A DNA stretch of 17,183 nucleotides from Planctomycetota bacterium (GCA_036479435.1 JAZGFI010000161.1:1-17183); one strand, 5' to 3'. Positions 1 to 9,534 are shown, counted from the first letter of the stretch. A program made the numbers and translations. The notes: generated by a model not told the origin, from the sequence alone.

Positions 1-659
1 GCGCGGTCAAGGGAGCGGCGATCAAAGCCGAGTCCTTTTAATCCCCAGCCTTGGATTCTTTGAAACAGCGCGTCTCGTCGATCAGCTCGGGCCAACTTGC
101 CAGAGACCAACCAAGTGCGTGGCCAAGCTCGGCCGTGCTCCGCGAAGTAAGTCATCACCGATTCCCGAAACGAAAACAGCATGACGTCTTTTGGCTTGGT
201 GCCGGCGCTTTCAAAACTCTCAACGACCTCTTTCTCGATACCCTCGACCTTGATCTCGACAACGGCCAAAGCCCTCCCCTGCATCAAGGCAAGAAACTGA
301 TCCAGTGTCGGTAGCCTCTCCCCCGCCCACTCATCACTCTTCCATCCGCCGGCATCCAACTTGGAAAGCTCGGCCCAACTCAAGCGATCGGCTGGACCCT
401 TGGCATTGGTAGTTCGGTCGAGAGTTTCATCGTGCAGCAAAAACGGCACACGGTCTCGACTCACAACCACATCGCACTCCGCCGCCTCAACCCCTTTCGC
501 AAGCGCAAGCCGGTAGGCAGCCAAAGTATTTTCCGGTGCAAGAGCAGAGTCGCCACGATGCGCGACAACGAGAGGAGTAGCTTGCGATATCTCGGGAACT
601 GCGGCACACGCTCCGATCAAGAGCGAAACCAAGAGAAAAAGGACACTCATAGATTTCAT
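1..659 (-). CDS. Glycerophosphodiester phosphodiesterase (GDPD, GlpQ/UgpQ-like), probable lipoprotein; 3' end lies beyond the window
   Basis: Manual translation from ATG 659 (alternative ATG 650): MKSMSVLFLLVSLLIGAC-AAVPEISQATPLVVAHRGDSALAPENTLAAYRLALAKGVEAAECDVVVSRDRVPFLLHDETLDRTT...LDAGGWKSDEWAGERLPTLDQFL...VVEIK...MLFSF. It contains the GDPD motifs AHRG, PENT, ExD, HD and EIK, and a lipobox-like IGAC. The frame stays open to the window edge, which is why the ORF track missed it. Confidence 0.95.
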   Translation of the reverse strand, partial: MKSMSVLFLLVSLLIGACAAVPEISQATPLVVAHRGDSALAPENTLAAYRLALAKGVEAAECDVVVSRDRVPFLLHDETLDRTTNAKGPADRLSWAELSKLDAGGWKSDEWAGERLPTLDQFLALMQGRALAVVEIKVEGIEKEVVESFESAGTKPKDVMLFSFRESVMTYFAEHGRAWPRTWLVSGKLARADRRDALFQRIQGWGLKGLGFDRRSLDR

Positions 660-865
660 CTCACAACCTACTTGCCGATCAGCATTCGTCGGAGCCAGCA
701 CTTCGCAGCTACCAGCAACGCCATGCGCAGTCTTACCGTCCCCAGAACAAGTCACACTGCCAAAACCATGCTCGACTCCATCGAGAAACCTGAAGGCCAA
801 GGCTAGCCAACGCACCTCCGCCAATGCGTCTTGCCCTATGTCTTCGCCTATGGAGAGCGACGAGC

Positions 866-1902
866 ATGACCAATGACTTCACCTCAAGACCCGAAGGGTA
901 CATAAAGCTGCTGAAACGGCTCAAGGAGCGTATCCTATCCGCCCAGGTAGAGCGGCACTTGCGGTGAATCGCGAGCTCGTCCTGCTCTACTGGAGCATTG
1001 GTCGAGACATTCTTGATCGACAAGAGCGCCTATGATGGGGAGCGAAAGCACTCGAGAACCTAAGCAAGGATCTGTCGAGGGACTTTCCTGGAATGAAGGG
1101 GCTCTCTCCGCGCAACTTATTGTTCATGCGCCGCTTGGCAAAGGAATGGCCTGACGAGGCAATTGTGAAATAGGCTGTTTCACAATTGCCGTGGGGGCAC
1201 AATATCCGCCTCATTCAGAAAGTCAAAGACCCAACCGAACGACTCTGGTACCTCCAGGCCTGCATCGACCACGGATGGAGCCGCAACGTCCTCGAAATGC
1301 AAATCGACTCAGGTCTCTACCGCCGCCAGGCTAAGGCGATCACGAACTTCGAGCGCACCTTGTCGGCCCCACGATCCGATCTGGCTCGGCAATCCATCAA
1401 AGACCCTTACAACTTCGACTTTCTAATGCTCGATGGCGACGCCCGCGAGCGCCAAGTCGAGCAAGGAATCATGGACCACCTCCAACGATTCCTCGTCAAA
1501 TCTGGTGTCGGATTTGCGTTTCTTGGTCGCCAACATCGTTTCGAGGTCGACGGCGACGAGTTCTTCATCGACCTTCTTTTCTATCATGTGAAACTGCGCT
1601 CTTACATCGTCGTCGAGCTCAAGGCGACCGACTTCCAACCAGCCTATGCTGGACAACTCAACTTCTACGTCACTGCGGTGAACAACTTGTTGCGAACTCC
1701 CGAGGATCAACCGACGATCGGACTTTTGCTTTGTCGAGGCAAGAAGACACTCGTGGTGGAATGGGCGCTCCAGGGCACAAACGGGGCCATCGGCGTCGCC
1801 GAGTATCAACTAACTAATTCGATTCCGGTGGAGTTCAAAGGGAAGCTCCCAACGCTCAAGGAACTCGAAGCAGAACTGGGCGACGCATACGACTGCGAGT
1901 GA
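866..1902 (+). pseudogene. yhcG: DUF1016/YhcG-family PD-(D/E)XK nuclease-like gene, disrupted in the N-terminal domain
   Basis: ATG 866 with GGAGAG at 852-857 begins MTNDFTSRPEGYIKLLKRLKERILSAQV. The family-like sequence then continues in another frame (one base missing near 949): RAALAVNRELVLLYWSIGRDILDRQERL*WGAKALENLSKDLSRDFPGMKGLSPRNLLFMRRLAKEWPDEAIVK*AVSQLPWGHN, with TGA 1033-1035 and TAG 1171-1173. Positions 1186-1902 are open and contain KDPYNFDFL, GFAFLGRQ, IDLLFYH..LR..IVVELK, GQLNFY and PTIGLLLC. Reconstructed length is about 345 aa. Confidence 0.92.
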
Positions 1903-1922
1903 ACCTGAGCAAGTGGCGAAAG

Positions 1923-3080
1923 CTAGGACTCAAGAAAACTTGTTAGGAAGCTCGCGAGGGCCCAGACCTCGCCGGGCGTGGGAAGATCATCGGAGAACTC
2001 GACGTGTATCACTTGTTCCGAGATGATCGCCTCGACTTGAGTGGAAGAGCGTGCCCATTGTTGGACGGCGCGTGCTTCCGATGGTGGCACGACGTTGTCG
2101 CGGGCACCGTGCAATAAGAAAATCGGGCAAGCGGGCACGGGTCCCTGCACAGGAGACAAGATCTTGTCGAACTCGCCTTTGCGGATCAAAGGGCTGAGTT
2201 TTTCCGCCAGCACCGACGCTCGACGCTCCAGGCAATGGTCCAAGAGTTGACGTGTCGCGGTGCCACAGTTTTCTAGCTGATCTATGACTTCGTCTTCGCG
2301 GCCTTGCAAGTAAGCATCGAGGGCAGCACGAAAGTCCTCGACTTCTGAAGCCGGGACGAGTCGGGGAGCGAGTTTTCTCATGAGGACCGCTTGGCCGTAG
2401 ACATGCGGAGAGCCCGGGCCATCCTCACCCTCCCCCGTCACCAAGTAACTAATTGTTCGATCGAGATCGCCATGGCCGCCGAAGGAAAAGACGGCCGACA
2501 CTTTATCGCGAAGATCCGGGAGAGCCGCGGCGCTCAAAGCCATCCCTCCACCGAAGCTGATACCCATCATGGAGAACTTGCCATCGTCGGCCGGGGCCAT
2601 GAGGTCGGGTTGCCCGAGTATCCACTTGCCTGCCGTCTGCAGATCAAAGACCGATCGCCCCTTCAGATCGTAGCTCTTCAAATCTTCGAGGTCAGGCGTC
2701 ACGACGGCGAAGCCGGCCTGAGCAATGCGGCGGCAAAAATCCATGAAGCGCTCATCGTGAATACCAAGGTAGTGAACACCGTGGGCGATCAGCACCGTCC
2801 TCTCAAAACCCCCGCGCGGTCGGTACACTCGCAGCACGAGTTCGCGGTCGCCGTTGCGAATGGAGAGTTCTTGCTCGCTGATCTCATCCGCGGAGATTTC
2901 TGAGTTCGTAGCCGCTAAGAGCAGGAACTCCGCCCCCGATCCGACCTCGTGGTGCACAGCGATCAAGATGGTCGCCGCCAGCGACAAGACGATGCCGAAT
3001 CGAATCAGTCGCCGCCAACTCTTCACTACTTTCTTAGAGTTCTCAAGGGCCGGGATCAAAGGCGCGGGGTGGTTCATCAT
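1923..3080 (-). CDS. Alpha/beta-fold hydrolase (esterase/lipase-like) with N-terminal membrane anchor
   Basis: 385 aa. HG oxyanion motif (LIAHGV), nucleophile elbow GISFGG, putative catalytic Asp in LHGARDNVVP and His in VIHVEF. Hydrophobic segment FGIVLSLAATILIAV near the N-terminus. GAGGA SD-like sequence upstream of ATG 3080. Confidence 0.85.
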   Translation of the reverse strand: MMNHPAPLIPALENSKKVVKSWRRLIRFGIVLSLAATILIAVHHEVGSGAEFLLLAATNSEISADEISEQELSIRNGDRELVLRVYRPRGGFERTVLIAHGVHYLGIHDERFMDFCRRIAQAGFAVVTPDLEDLKSYDLKGRSVFDLQTAGKWILGQPDLMAPADDGKFSMMGISFGGGMALSAAALPDLRDKVSAVFSFGGHGDLDRTISYLVTGEGEDGPGSPHVYGQAVLMRKLAPRLVPASEVEDFRAALDAYLQGREDEVIDQLENCGTATRQLLDHCLERRASVLAEKLSPLIRKGEFDKILSPVQGPVPACPIFLLHGARDNVVPPSEARAVQQWARSSTQVEAIISEQVIHVEFSDDLPTPGEVWALASFLTSFLES

Positions 3081-3182
3081 TAGTTCCTCGTGATGGGGCT
3101 CAGGACCGAGAAGACCTAATCATCATCGAGTATTCCACCGCCTAAGCGAGGCCGGTTGTCCTAATCCAATCGATTAGCCTCG

Positions 3183-3941
3183 CTAATTGACAATACGCCC
3201 CACACTATTTGCCTTGATCCAACCCAAACCCGCCTTGCTGCGGACTTTTAGCCAACGATCAGAGCTTTCGAGGATCTCTACTCGGCTCCCTGCCCGCAAC
3301 TGGGCATGGGCCGGACGGTCGACTTGCGGTTCAGCGCGCAAGGCGATCTCGATCTGCAACACGATCGCGGTCGGCCCCGGCGTGAGCAAATCCCGCCGCA
3401 GGACCCAAAGACTCAAGACCAACAAGATGATAGCGGCCAAGGTCGCAATGAAACGGCGCCGGCGATGTCTCGTGGCAAAGGCGAATCCAATCAGCAACAT
3501 CTGGCCGAGAACACTCTGGGCAACAAGACTCGTCACGGAAAACCGTTCGCGAAGAGCCCAACTCAAGCCACCCAGCGAGTCGTCTAATTCGCGCTCAAAT
3601 CCAAGTCGACTTTCCGTTTCGCGTATCGCGCTTTTCAGTTCAAGGTTATCTGCATCCCGAATCCGCGCACGTTCGTAGTGCAGCAACGCCTCGGCGTAGT
3701 GACCGAGTTGATAAGAAGTGTGCGCCAAGTTCACTTTGATGAGGAGACTAAGCTCTGAGTCCTGGCCGAGCCCGCTGATCTTGTCGGCGGCGGCGCGAAA
3801 ACTCCCCAAAGCATCGCGATAGTCGCCGGCTTCGTAACAAATGCAACCACGATCAAAGTCGCTCTGCTGGGCCTTGACCCCAGGGGCCAGAGTCATTATC
3901 AATCCGATCACGACGACAAAGAATGCAAACAGCTGCCTCAT
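3183..3941 (-). CDS. batE: BatE-like protein: signal peptide, TPR, two TM helices, C-terminal SH3-like domain
   Basis: TPR motifs (YEAGDYRDAL; NLAHTSYQLGHYAEALLHYERA), two hydrophobic helices, and an SH3b-like tail (LRAEP...LRAGSRVEILESSDRWLKVR...GWIK). Last gene of the bat operon; ATGA overlap with batD at 3938-3941. Confidence 0.85.
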   Translation of the reverse strand: MRQLFAFFVVVIGLIMTLAPGVKAQQSDFDRGCICYEAGDYRDALGSFRAAADKISGLGQDSELSLLIKVNLAHTSYQLGHYAEALLHYERARIRDADNLELKSAIRETESRLGFERELDDSLGGLSWALRERFSVTSLVAQSVLGQMLLIGFAFATRHRRRRFIATLAAIILLVLSLWVLRRDLLTPGPTAIVLQIEIALRAEPQVDRPAHAQLRAGSRVEILESSDRWLKVRSKAGLGWIKANSVGRIVN

Positions 3942-5794
3942 TGTTGCCCCTCCTTGCTTCGAAAAGAACGCTCAAGATCATTGACCAAGGTCGCCAAGCC
4001 GGCAAACTCCGCCGGCTTCGGCGAGCGACTGTACTGAGGCTCGATCATCTGCCTCAGTGCGTTCTCGGAACGGCGTGCAAGATCATCGTCAACTCCTTCA
4101 GATCGCAACAAGGCAAACAGATCGGGGCGTATCATCGCCGCCGTCGGCAGCTGCGTGCGCGCCGCGAGATACTCAGCGAACGCAGCCCCCTGCGAGGTTT
4201 TTTGGCTTAGCTCTGCTCTTTTGAATTGCCGATGAGCTCGGCGCGAACGCACACGATTCGGATAGCGCCGATGCTGTTCTTGCCGCCAACGCCAGCAAGC
4301 GATCATTCCCGCCAGTAACCAGGGCAGCAGCAAAACGGTCAACACTAGGCTGGGTGGCCAGCCGGGTGAGAATGTCCTCTGAGTCCCGGGTGCCAATTTC
4401 CAAAGTGTCGGGGCCGCGGCTGGATTCGTCGACTCTGCTTGTGAATCCTCTGAACTAGTCAGGCCGCCCTCGGCCTTATCGTCAACCTCGATCGACAAAG
4501 CTGCGGTGTAGACGGTCCTATAGCCAGCTTCTTCGCCGCCACGGCCCGGGAAAAAGTAGACAAAGGGGATCGCCGGGATGACCAGGCGACCGGACTTTCG
4601 TGGCTTCAGGTCGTAGTGAAAAACGCGCGCGCCTAGCTCGGCCCCTTCAAGACTTCCCAGCTTGGAGAACTCGGCCCAGTCGGGCAATACCGGTGCGCTA
4701 AGAGCGGCCAAGCTACCGGGCCCTGAAACCCGAATCCGCAGGGACAGGTTTTCTCCCCAGGACACCCAATGACGGCTGAGACTGGCTTCGATGTCGAAGT
4801 CACCGACGGCTCCGCCGAAAGACTCGAGTCGGCCCGCTCGCGGCAGAGGCAGGACTTCAAATTCGAGGGCTGGCGCGTACAGAAAGCCCTTTCGGCGGTT
4901 GAGCGCGCGGCGGCCCGTCAAAAAGTCCTCTTGAAACTCAGTAGCATAGGCGATCTCGGCCCAGGCCACGGGAAGGCGCAGAAGCCCGGCCTTTCTGACC
5001 TCAAGTTCAAAAGATAGGCCCACGCTCATCTCGGACTCGCCCATCGAGGGCTGATCGCCAATGAGATTCGGATTTGTGTACACCCTCTCGTCGTTCAAGA
5101 CCAGCGACAGCAAACCTTCTTTTTGCCGACTTGAAACAGAGGGTCGCAAACGCCAACTGCCCGCCCCCATTTCTTGCGATTGCTCGTGCACGCGAACCCG
5201 CAGGGGCAAGTTGAGATCTCGCCGAAACAGCTGGAGTAGACTTGCCTTCAGGGCGCTTCGTTGCACGCGAAGATCTAAGCGCAGTGAAAGGAGTTGCCCT
5301 TCGTAGAGCTCCGATCGAGGTTTGATCTCGGCCCCGGTCTTAGTCCCAACCCAACGCAAGGTCGCGACCTTCGGGGCGTCAACGTCCAAGTTCACCTCAA
5401 ACACGGTGGGCTCACTTCGCAAGGTGACACCATCCGCCACGATGGCGAGAGGCTCCAACACGAGACCGCCCACCGACCGCGGCGTGACCCTCAAAATCCA
5501 GGCCGAGAGCGTTCGCGCCTCTCCGGGTTCTGCTGACAAATCGAGGGCCTTGGTCCTGAGCTCAAAGTCCGCACTTTGCGGCAAGGCCCCCAACTGAGCC
5601 TCCCGGTGTGGCCCTCGAACTTCCAGACGCCACTCAGCGCTGGTCCCCAGAGTGATCGCACCGTCGAGACTCGGAGTCAGGACTATCGAGACTTCCGCCG
5701 AAGCAGCCGGTGGGCTGCCTTGGGCCCAAAGCGAAACCGCCGCTGTCACCGCCAGCCAACCAGCCGCCAACAATAGGACTCTCACCCCTACCAT
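3938..5794 (-). CDS. batD: BatD-family protein (exported beta-sandwich domains with a C-terminal TM anchor)
   Basis: 618 aa. Signal peptide ending SLWA-Q; BatD-like motifs (VLPLP...FGGAVGDFDIEASL, LRIRVSGPGSL, GRLVIPAIPFVYFFP...YRT); TM segment LVLTVLLLPWLLAGMIACW; expected position in the operon. Confidence 0.85.
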   Translation of the reverse strand: MVGVRVLLLAAGWLAVTAAVSLWAQGSPPAASAEVSIVLTPSLDGAITLGTSAEWRLEVRGPHREAQLGALPQSADFELRTKALDLSAEPGEARTLSAWILRVTPRSVGGLVLEPLAIVADGVTLRSEPTVFEVNLDVDAPKVATLRWVGTKTGAEIKPRSELYEGQLLSLRLDLRVQRSALKASLLQLFRRDLNLPLRVRVHEQSQEMGAGSWRLRPSVSSRQKEGLLSLVLNDERVYTNPNLIGDQPSMGESEMSVGLSFELEVRKAGLLRLPVAWAEIAYATEFQEDFLTGRRALNRRKGFLYAPALEFEVLPLPRAGRLESFGGAVGDFDIEASLSRHWVSWGENLSLRIRVSGPGSLAALSAPVLPDWAEFSKLGSLEGAELGARVFHYDLKPRKSGRLVIPAIPFVYFFPGRGGEEAGYRTVYTAALSIEVDDKAEGGLTSSEDSQAESTNPAAAPTLWKLAPGTQRTFSPGWPPSLVLTVLLLPWLLAGMIACWRWRQEQHRRYPNRVRSRRAHRQFKRAELSQKTSQGAAFAEYLAARTQLPTAAMIRPDLFALLRSEGVDDDLARRSENALRQMIEPQYSRSPKPAEFAGLATLVNDLERSFRSKEGQQ

Positions 5795-6516
5795 CCGCGC
5801 CCACCCTGCGCCGAGGCCGCCGCGCGGTTTTTCGCTTTGCGACGCGAACGTTTCTTCTCGGACTGTTTTTGCTCCAGACGCTTCATGAGACTCGACAATT
5901 CGGTCGGGGTCAGCTCACCTATCTGCGCCTCGACGCGGCGCTCTTCGAACTGGGGCTGCTGCCGGCCAGATTGGGGTTGATTGGGAAGCTCACGAGGGTT
6001 GTTCCGCTTGTTCTTTTTTGTTGCCGCGGCTTCGCGTTTGATCCTCAAGCGGTCGATGGCGATGAGCGCCCGCTCGAGATTGCGCAGCGCTTTGTCGGGC
6101 CAGGCCTTTGCCAAAAGGGATTGGCGCCAGGCCGCTATCGCTTCCTCCGCGAAAAGCATCGCCGCATCAAAGGCAACCGGGCCCGCTTCGACGCGTTCCG
6201 CCACGCGCTCGGCTCGCAGGCAACTGGCGAAGGCCAAGTTCCCGGCAAAAAAGTCGCGGTACTTTTGACCTTTTACACCATCGCGAGCGGCGAGCTTTTC
6301 CAAAGCGATCTCGGCTTCGTCCATTCTCCCCGCTGCCATCGCCGCGTAGGCCAAGTTCTTCAGCCGGGTTGACTCAGATTCACCCGCTCGCTGGCCGAGG
6401 TCGCGGTAGGCCTTCCAGGCCTGCCCGTAGTCTCCGGCGTGATAAGAATCGGCCGCGGGATCTGAAACTCCGCAGGAAGTTAATGCAACCAAGGCCAAGA
6501 GCGCAATGAATCTCAT
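5788..6516 (-). CDS. batC: BatC-like TPR protein, probable lipoprotein (242 aa from ATG 6516)
   Basis: ATG 6516 overlaps the batB stop as ATGA. MRFIALLALVALTSC forms a lipobox. TPR-like helices (YHAGDYGQAWKAY; NLAYAAMAAGRMDEA; EEAIAAWRQSL...ALRNLERAL) are followed by a Q/K/R-rich tail ending in W, as is typical of BatC. Confidence 0.75.
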   Translation of the reverse strand: MRFIALLALVALTSCGVSDPAADSYHAGDYGQAWKAYRDLGQRAGESESTRLKNLAYAAMAAGRMDEAEIALEKLAARDGVKGQKYRDFFAGNLAFASCLRAERVAERVEAGPVAFDAAMLFAEEAIAAWRQSLLAKAWPDKALRNLERALIAIDRLRIKREAAATKKNKRNNPRELPNQPQSGRQQPQFEERRVEAQIGELTPTELSSLMKRLEQKQSEKKRSRRKAKNRAAASAQGGRGW

Positions 6517-7544
6517 CGCCGCCTCCCGGCAGTCGTCAGGGCGAGATCCGCCGCAAACAGTAAGAGTGCGACGAGCAAGGGCCACTGAAAGCGATTGGCC
6601 TTGCTTTGATCCAAGCTTCGGGCGTGACTTCGATGAGCGCGCCAACTAAGCTCGGTATCAAAAAGCCTTGCCAGCGGCGCCTTGGCGCCCTCAAGCGTGG
6701 AGAATCGACCGCCGCCGGCCTTCGCCAATGATCGCAGCCCGGTTTCATCTAAGGCCGTGACAACTTCTTTACCCTCCCCGTCCACCAGATAGGTCTCTTC
6801 GAGCTCAAGTCCCTCGCCGCGATCGACCAAGATCGGAATCTTGGCCCCGCTTTTGGTGCCGAAGCCAAGAGCGTGAAGTGAGACCCCTTGCTCGCGGCAA
6901 CGCTCGGCCAAGTCAAGAGCCTGGGCACCGGGGTCTTCTCCGTCGCTCAGCACAACAATGGCCTGGTGGTCGCCGTCTCCCGTTTTCAGGGTGCCCAATG
7001 CCAACGTGATCGCCGAAGCGACATTGGTACCAGAACTCAGCATGAGATTGGGATCGAGCCAGTCGACAACATTGCGCAGAGCCTCCATGTCGCGCGTCAA
7101 GGGCACCGCCAACATCGCGTCCCCAGCGAAGGCGACGACTGCCACCCGGTCGCCGCGGGTACGCCGGCTCATCGCTTTTACCTCTTGGCGCGCGCGCTCA
7201 AGGCGACTGGGAACCAGGTCGCGCGCGAGCATCGATCGCGACAAATCGAGGCAAATCACGACGTCAACGCCGCGGGGTTCAAGGCCGTCGGCGCTGCGTC
7301 CCCACTGAGGTTGAGCCAAAGCCAGCAAAGCGAATCCCATCGCCAGCAAAAACAAACGCCGTGCGAGACGCCGTTTGGCTTGTAGATCAACGTAGCCCGG
7401 GATGAGCCGCGCTGGGCTGACTAGTTGCGCCTTCAATTCCACTTCGTGCCGAACGAAGCAACGCCGCAACAACCACCACAAGACCGGCAACATCAGCAGC
7501 GCAACCAGCATCGCGGGCCAGGCAAAATGCGTCGCCAGATTCAT
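6513..7544 (-). CDS. batB: BatB-like VWA-domain membrane protein
   Basis: 343 aa. N-terminal BatA-type TM region (FAWP...LALAQPQWG); MIDAS residues DLSRS, GTN and SDGE; DLVPSRLERA; VPLTRD; GFGTKSGAKIP; C-terminal RFQWPL followed by a TM segment. Confidence 0.9.
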   Translation of the reverse strand: MNLATHFAWPAMLVALLMLPVLWWLLRRCFVRHEVELKAQLVSPARLIPGYVDLQAKRRLARRLFLLAMGFALLALAQPQWGRSADGLEPRGVDVVICLDLSRSMLARDLVPSRLERARQEVKAMSRRTRGDRVAVVAFAGDAMLAVPLTRDMEALRNVVDWLDPNLMLSSGTNVASAITLALGTLKTGDGDHQAIVVLSDGEDPGAQALDLAERCREQGVSLHALGFGTKSGAKIPILVDRGEGLELEETYLVDGEGKEVVTALDETGLRSLAKAGGGRFSTLEGAKAPLARLFDTELSWRAHRSHARSLDQSKANRFQWPLLVALLLFAADLALTTAGRRR

Positions 7545-8614
7545 GGCGACACCCTCAGCGTCGTTTGGCCGAGAATGCGACCGGCCAGCAGGGCCAGCAG
7601 TGCAAGACCCAAAAACGAAACGAAGGCCTCTCGGTAGCGGTACTTGGGTTCACTAGTCTCACTGCGCTCCAGCTTGTCGATGGCCGCGTAGGCCGCTCGG
7701 AGCGCGGTAAGATCCCCCACCGCAAAAAAGCGCCCGCCACTTTTTTTGGCCAAGGCCTCGATCTGAGAGTGGTCCGGGGCGGCACGATCATCAATCGACA
7801 TCTGCCCGCCCACCGCGATGCTATAGACGCGAATCCCCAGTTGCTGACAAAGCTGAGCGGCATGCAAGGGAGCGATTTCGTCGGGGGTTTCGGCCGTCGC
7901 AACGTTTTCTTCGCCATCCGTAAGCAGAATGATGACGCGACTTGGTCCTGGAGAATTCTGCAATGCCTGTGCTCCACGGGCCAACGCGGCGCCGATTCCC
8001 GTGGCATCCTCCGAACTCTTCGGATCGAGCGACTTCAAGTTTTTGAGGAACTCAATCAGCGCGGCGTGGTCGCGCGTTAAGGGACAACGCAAATCCGGAA
8101 AGCGAGCAAAAGACAGCAAGGCGATGCGATCGCGGCGACGCGACTCCACGAACTGGATGGCGGCCAGACGGCTAGCGTCGAGGCGAGACGAGATGAGCAG
8201 CTCGGAATCCTTGCTCTCGGCTAGCCCTTCATCACCTTCAACCGCCGTGTCCTTGGCAGCCATCGACGACGACAAGTCCAGGCAGAGCAAGATGTCGATG
8301 CCGGAGTGCTCGCGATCCATGCGCTCTCGCAACACCGGTCTGGCCATGGCGAAGATCACGAGGACCAAGCCCAACAGCTGTAGATACCGAGGGAGCCTTC
8401 GCAACCTCAAGCGCCAACTCGGTCGTCCCTTCTCAAGATCATTGGTCGGCTGAAGCCAAGGGGCCGAAGCAAAAGCGACCGCCGGTATCTTGCCGTTTTG
8501 GCTGGCGCGGCTGAACCACCAAAACGCAAGGGGCAGGGCCATCAGCCACAACAACTGCCAAGGGGCCAGCCAATCCCATTCCCGCCACCATGTGCCCGCG
8601 GCGAAGAGGTTCAT
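7541..8614 (-). CDS. batA: BatA-like VWA-domain membrane protein
   Basis: 357 aa. N-terminal TM segments with AMARP; GIDILLCLDLSSSM (MIDAS DxSxS); DRIALLSFA; CPLTRDH; ATGIG; ILLTDGEEN; GIRVYSIAVG; YAAIDKLE; C-terminal TM segment. Confidence 0.92.
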   Translation of the reverse strand: MNLFAAGTWWREWDWLAPWQLLWLMALPLAFWWFSRASQNGKIPAVAFASAPWLQPTNDLEKGRPSWRLRLRRLPRYLQLLGLVLVIFAMARPVLRERMDREHSGIDILLCLDLSSSMAAKDTAVEGDEGLAESKDSELLISSRLDASRLAAIQFVESRRRDRIALLSFARFPDLRCPLTRDHAALIEFLKNLKSLDPKSSEDATGIGAALARGAQALQNSPGPSRVIILLTDGEENVATAETPDEIAPLHAAQLCQQLGIRVYSIAVGGQMSIDDRAAPDHSQIEALAKKSGGRFFAVGDLTALRAAYAAIDKLERSETSEPKYRYREAFVSFLGLALLALLAGRILGQTTLRVSP

Positions 8615-9534
8615 GCCGACTCCCCCTCGGAGAGCAAACAGGCCTCGGCGTCGCGAAGCAAGTTCTGAGGTGCCGCTTGCGCGGACCCATCGCCCGAGTA
8701 TTTGATGATCTCGCAGCGCTCTAGTAAGGCAAAGAGCTGAGGGCGCTGGCCGGCGAGTGTTGTCTGTTCCCTCAACTCCAGGGTCGTTCTTTGCGCCGCT
8801 GGGAGCGAAAGCTCGTCTTGAAGAAACTGGTGGAGGATTGCCGAAATGCGTTCCGCGAGGTCGGCGTCTTTTTTGGCACCGAGGTCATTCTTCAGAAATT
8901 CAAGTCTCGCCTCAGCGCACGCACGGCCAGACTGGGGTACACCGCCGCGACGCAATTTTTGCCAAAGCCAATGTCGAAAATACCACAGCCCCCCACATCC
9001 ACTGAAGATCAAAGCCAGCAACAAAGCCGTCATCGCCCCATCCACTTCACGGGGCATTTCGGTCCAAGCCTCTGGGAATTCGGCGGGCCCAACTTCTTCG
9101 GCATTCAAAGATGAGGCTACGCGTCTCCCACGATCTGGTGAGGTGTGCTCCGCCTTAAGCTCCAGCCCACCGGCGAGTGGCCGCGCCCTTATTTCTATGC
9201 GGGGCAATACCAAGTGGTCCCGAGCGAGAGCTAAGGCCCGAAAAGTCAGGCGTTCAAACGAAATGCTCTCTTCATCGAGGCGACCGGACTCGCGAGCTAC
9301 CAACTTAGCGCTGAAGATTTCGAGGGCCTCCTCGAAGTTGTCAGGAAGTAAGGCGAGGTCGTCGCTCCAGCGGGTTTCGACCACGATCTGAAAGGGCTCA
9401 CCAAAACTCAGCTCGAGATCGGGGATCTCGGCGCTAAGGGTCAAGGTCGGCACCGTTTGCTGAGCCCGCATGGCCGAGGCACCAATCGTGAGTACCAGCA
9501 AGACCGACAAGAAGATCAAGTCAAACCGGCTCAC
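8611..9534 (-). CDS. Exported single-TM protein occupying the usual slot between DUF58 and batA in bat operons
   Basis: 307 aa. GTG start overlaps the DUF58 stop (GTGA 9531-9534). Signal peptide ending AMRA-Q, a beta-rich domain (LSFGEPFQIVV), a TM segment (ALLLALIFSGCGGLWYF), then the cytoplasmic motif ISAILHQFL...QRTTLEL...CEIIKYS. Confidence 0.75.
   Translation of the reverse strand: MSRFDLIFLSVLLVLTIGASAMRAQQTVPTLTLSAEIPDLELSFGEPFQIVVETRWSDDLALLPDNFEEALEIFSAKLVARESGRLDEESISFERLTFRALALARDHLVLPRIEIRARPLAGGLELKAEHTSPDRGRRVASSLNAEEVGPAEFPEAWTEMPREVDGAMTALLLALIFSGCGGLWYFRHWLWQKLRRGGVPQSGRACAEARLEFLKNDLGAKKDADLAERISAILHQFLQDELSLPAAQRTTLELREQTTLAGQRPQLFALLERCEIIKYSGDGSAQAAPQNLLRDAEACLLSEGESA

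Noticed and set aside
828..851. Imperfect 12-bp tandem repeat GTCTTGCCCTAT/GTCTTCGCCTAT upstream of yhcG
   Set aside because: Only two degenerate copies, and no matching copy was seen at the other end of yhcG to suggest a target-site duplication.
1033..1173. Stop-codon reassignment (TGA=Gly, TAG=Gln) in the yhcG gene
   Set aside because: Both stops are single-base changes from the expected codons, the gene also has a frameshift, and TGA and TAG serve as normal stops for this gene and its neighbours.
3161..3177. Hairpin CTAATC-N5-GATTAG after batE as an intrinsic terminator
   Set aside because: The stem is weak and AT-rich with no U-tract, so read-through into the hydrolase gene cannot be excluded.
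6517..6645. ORF-track N-terminal extension of BatC (and similarly 10467-10574 of DUF58)
   Set aside because: The extensions overlap upstream genes. The downstream ATGs give translational coupling and sensible N-termini.
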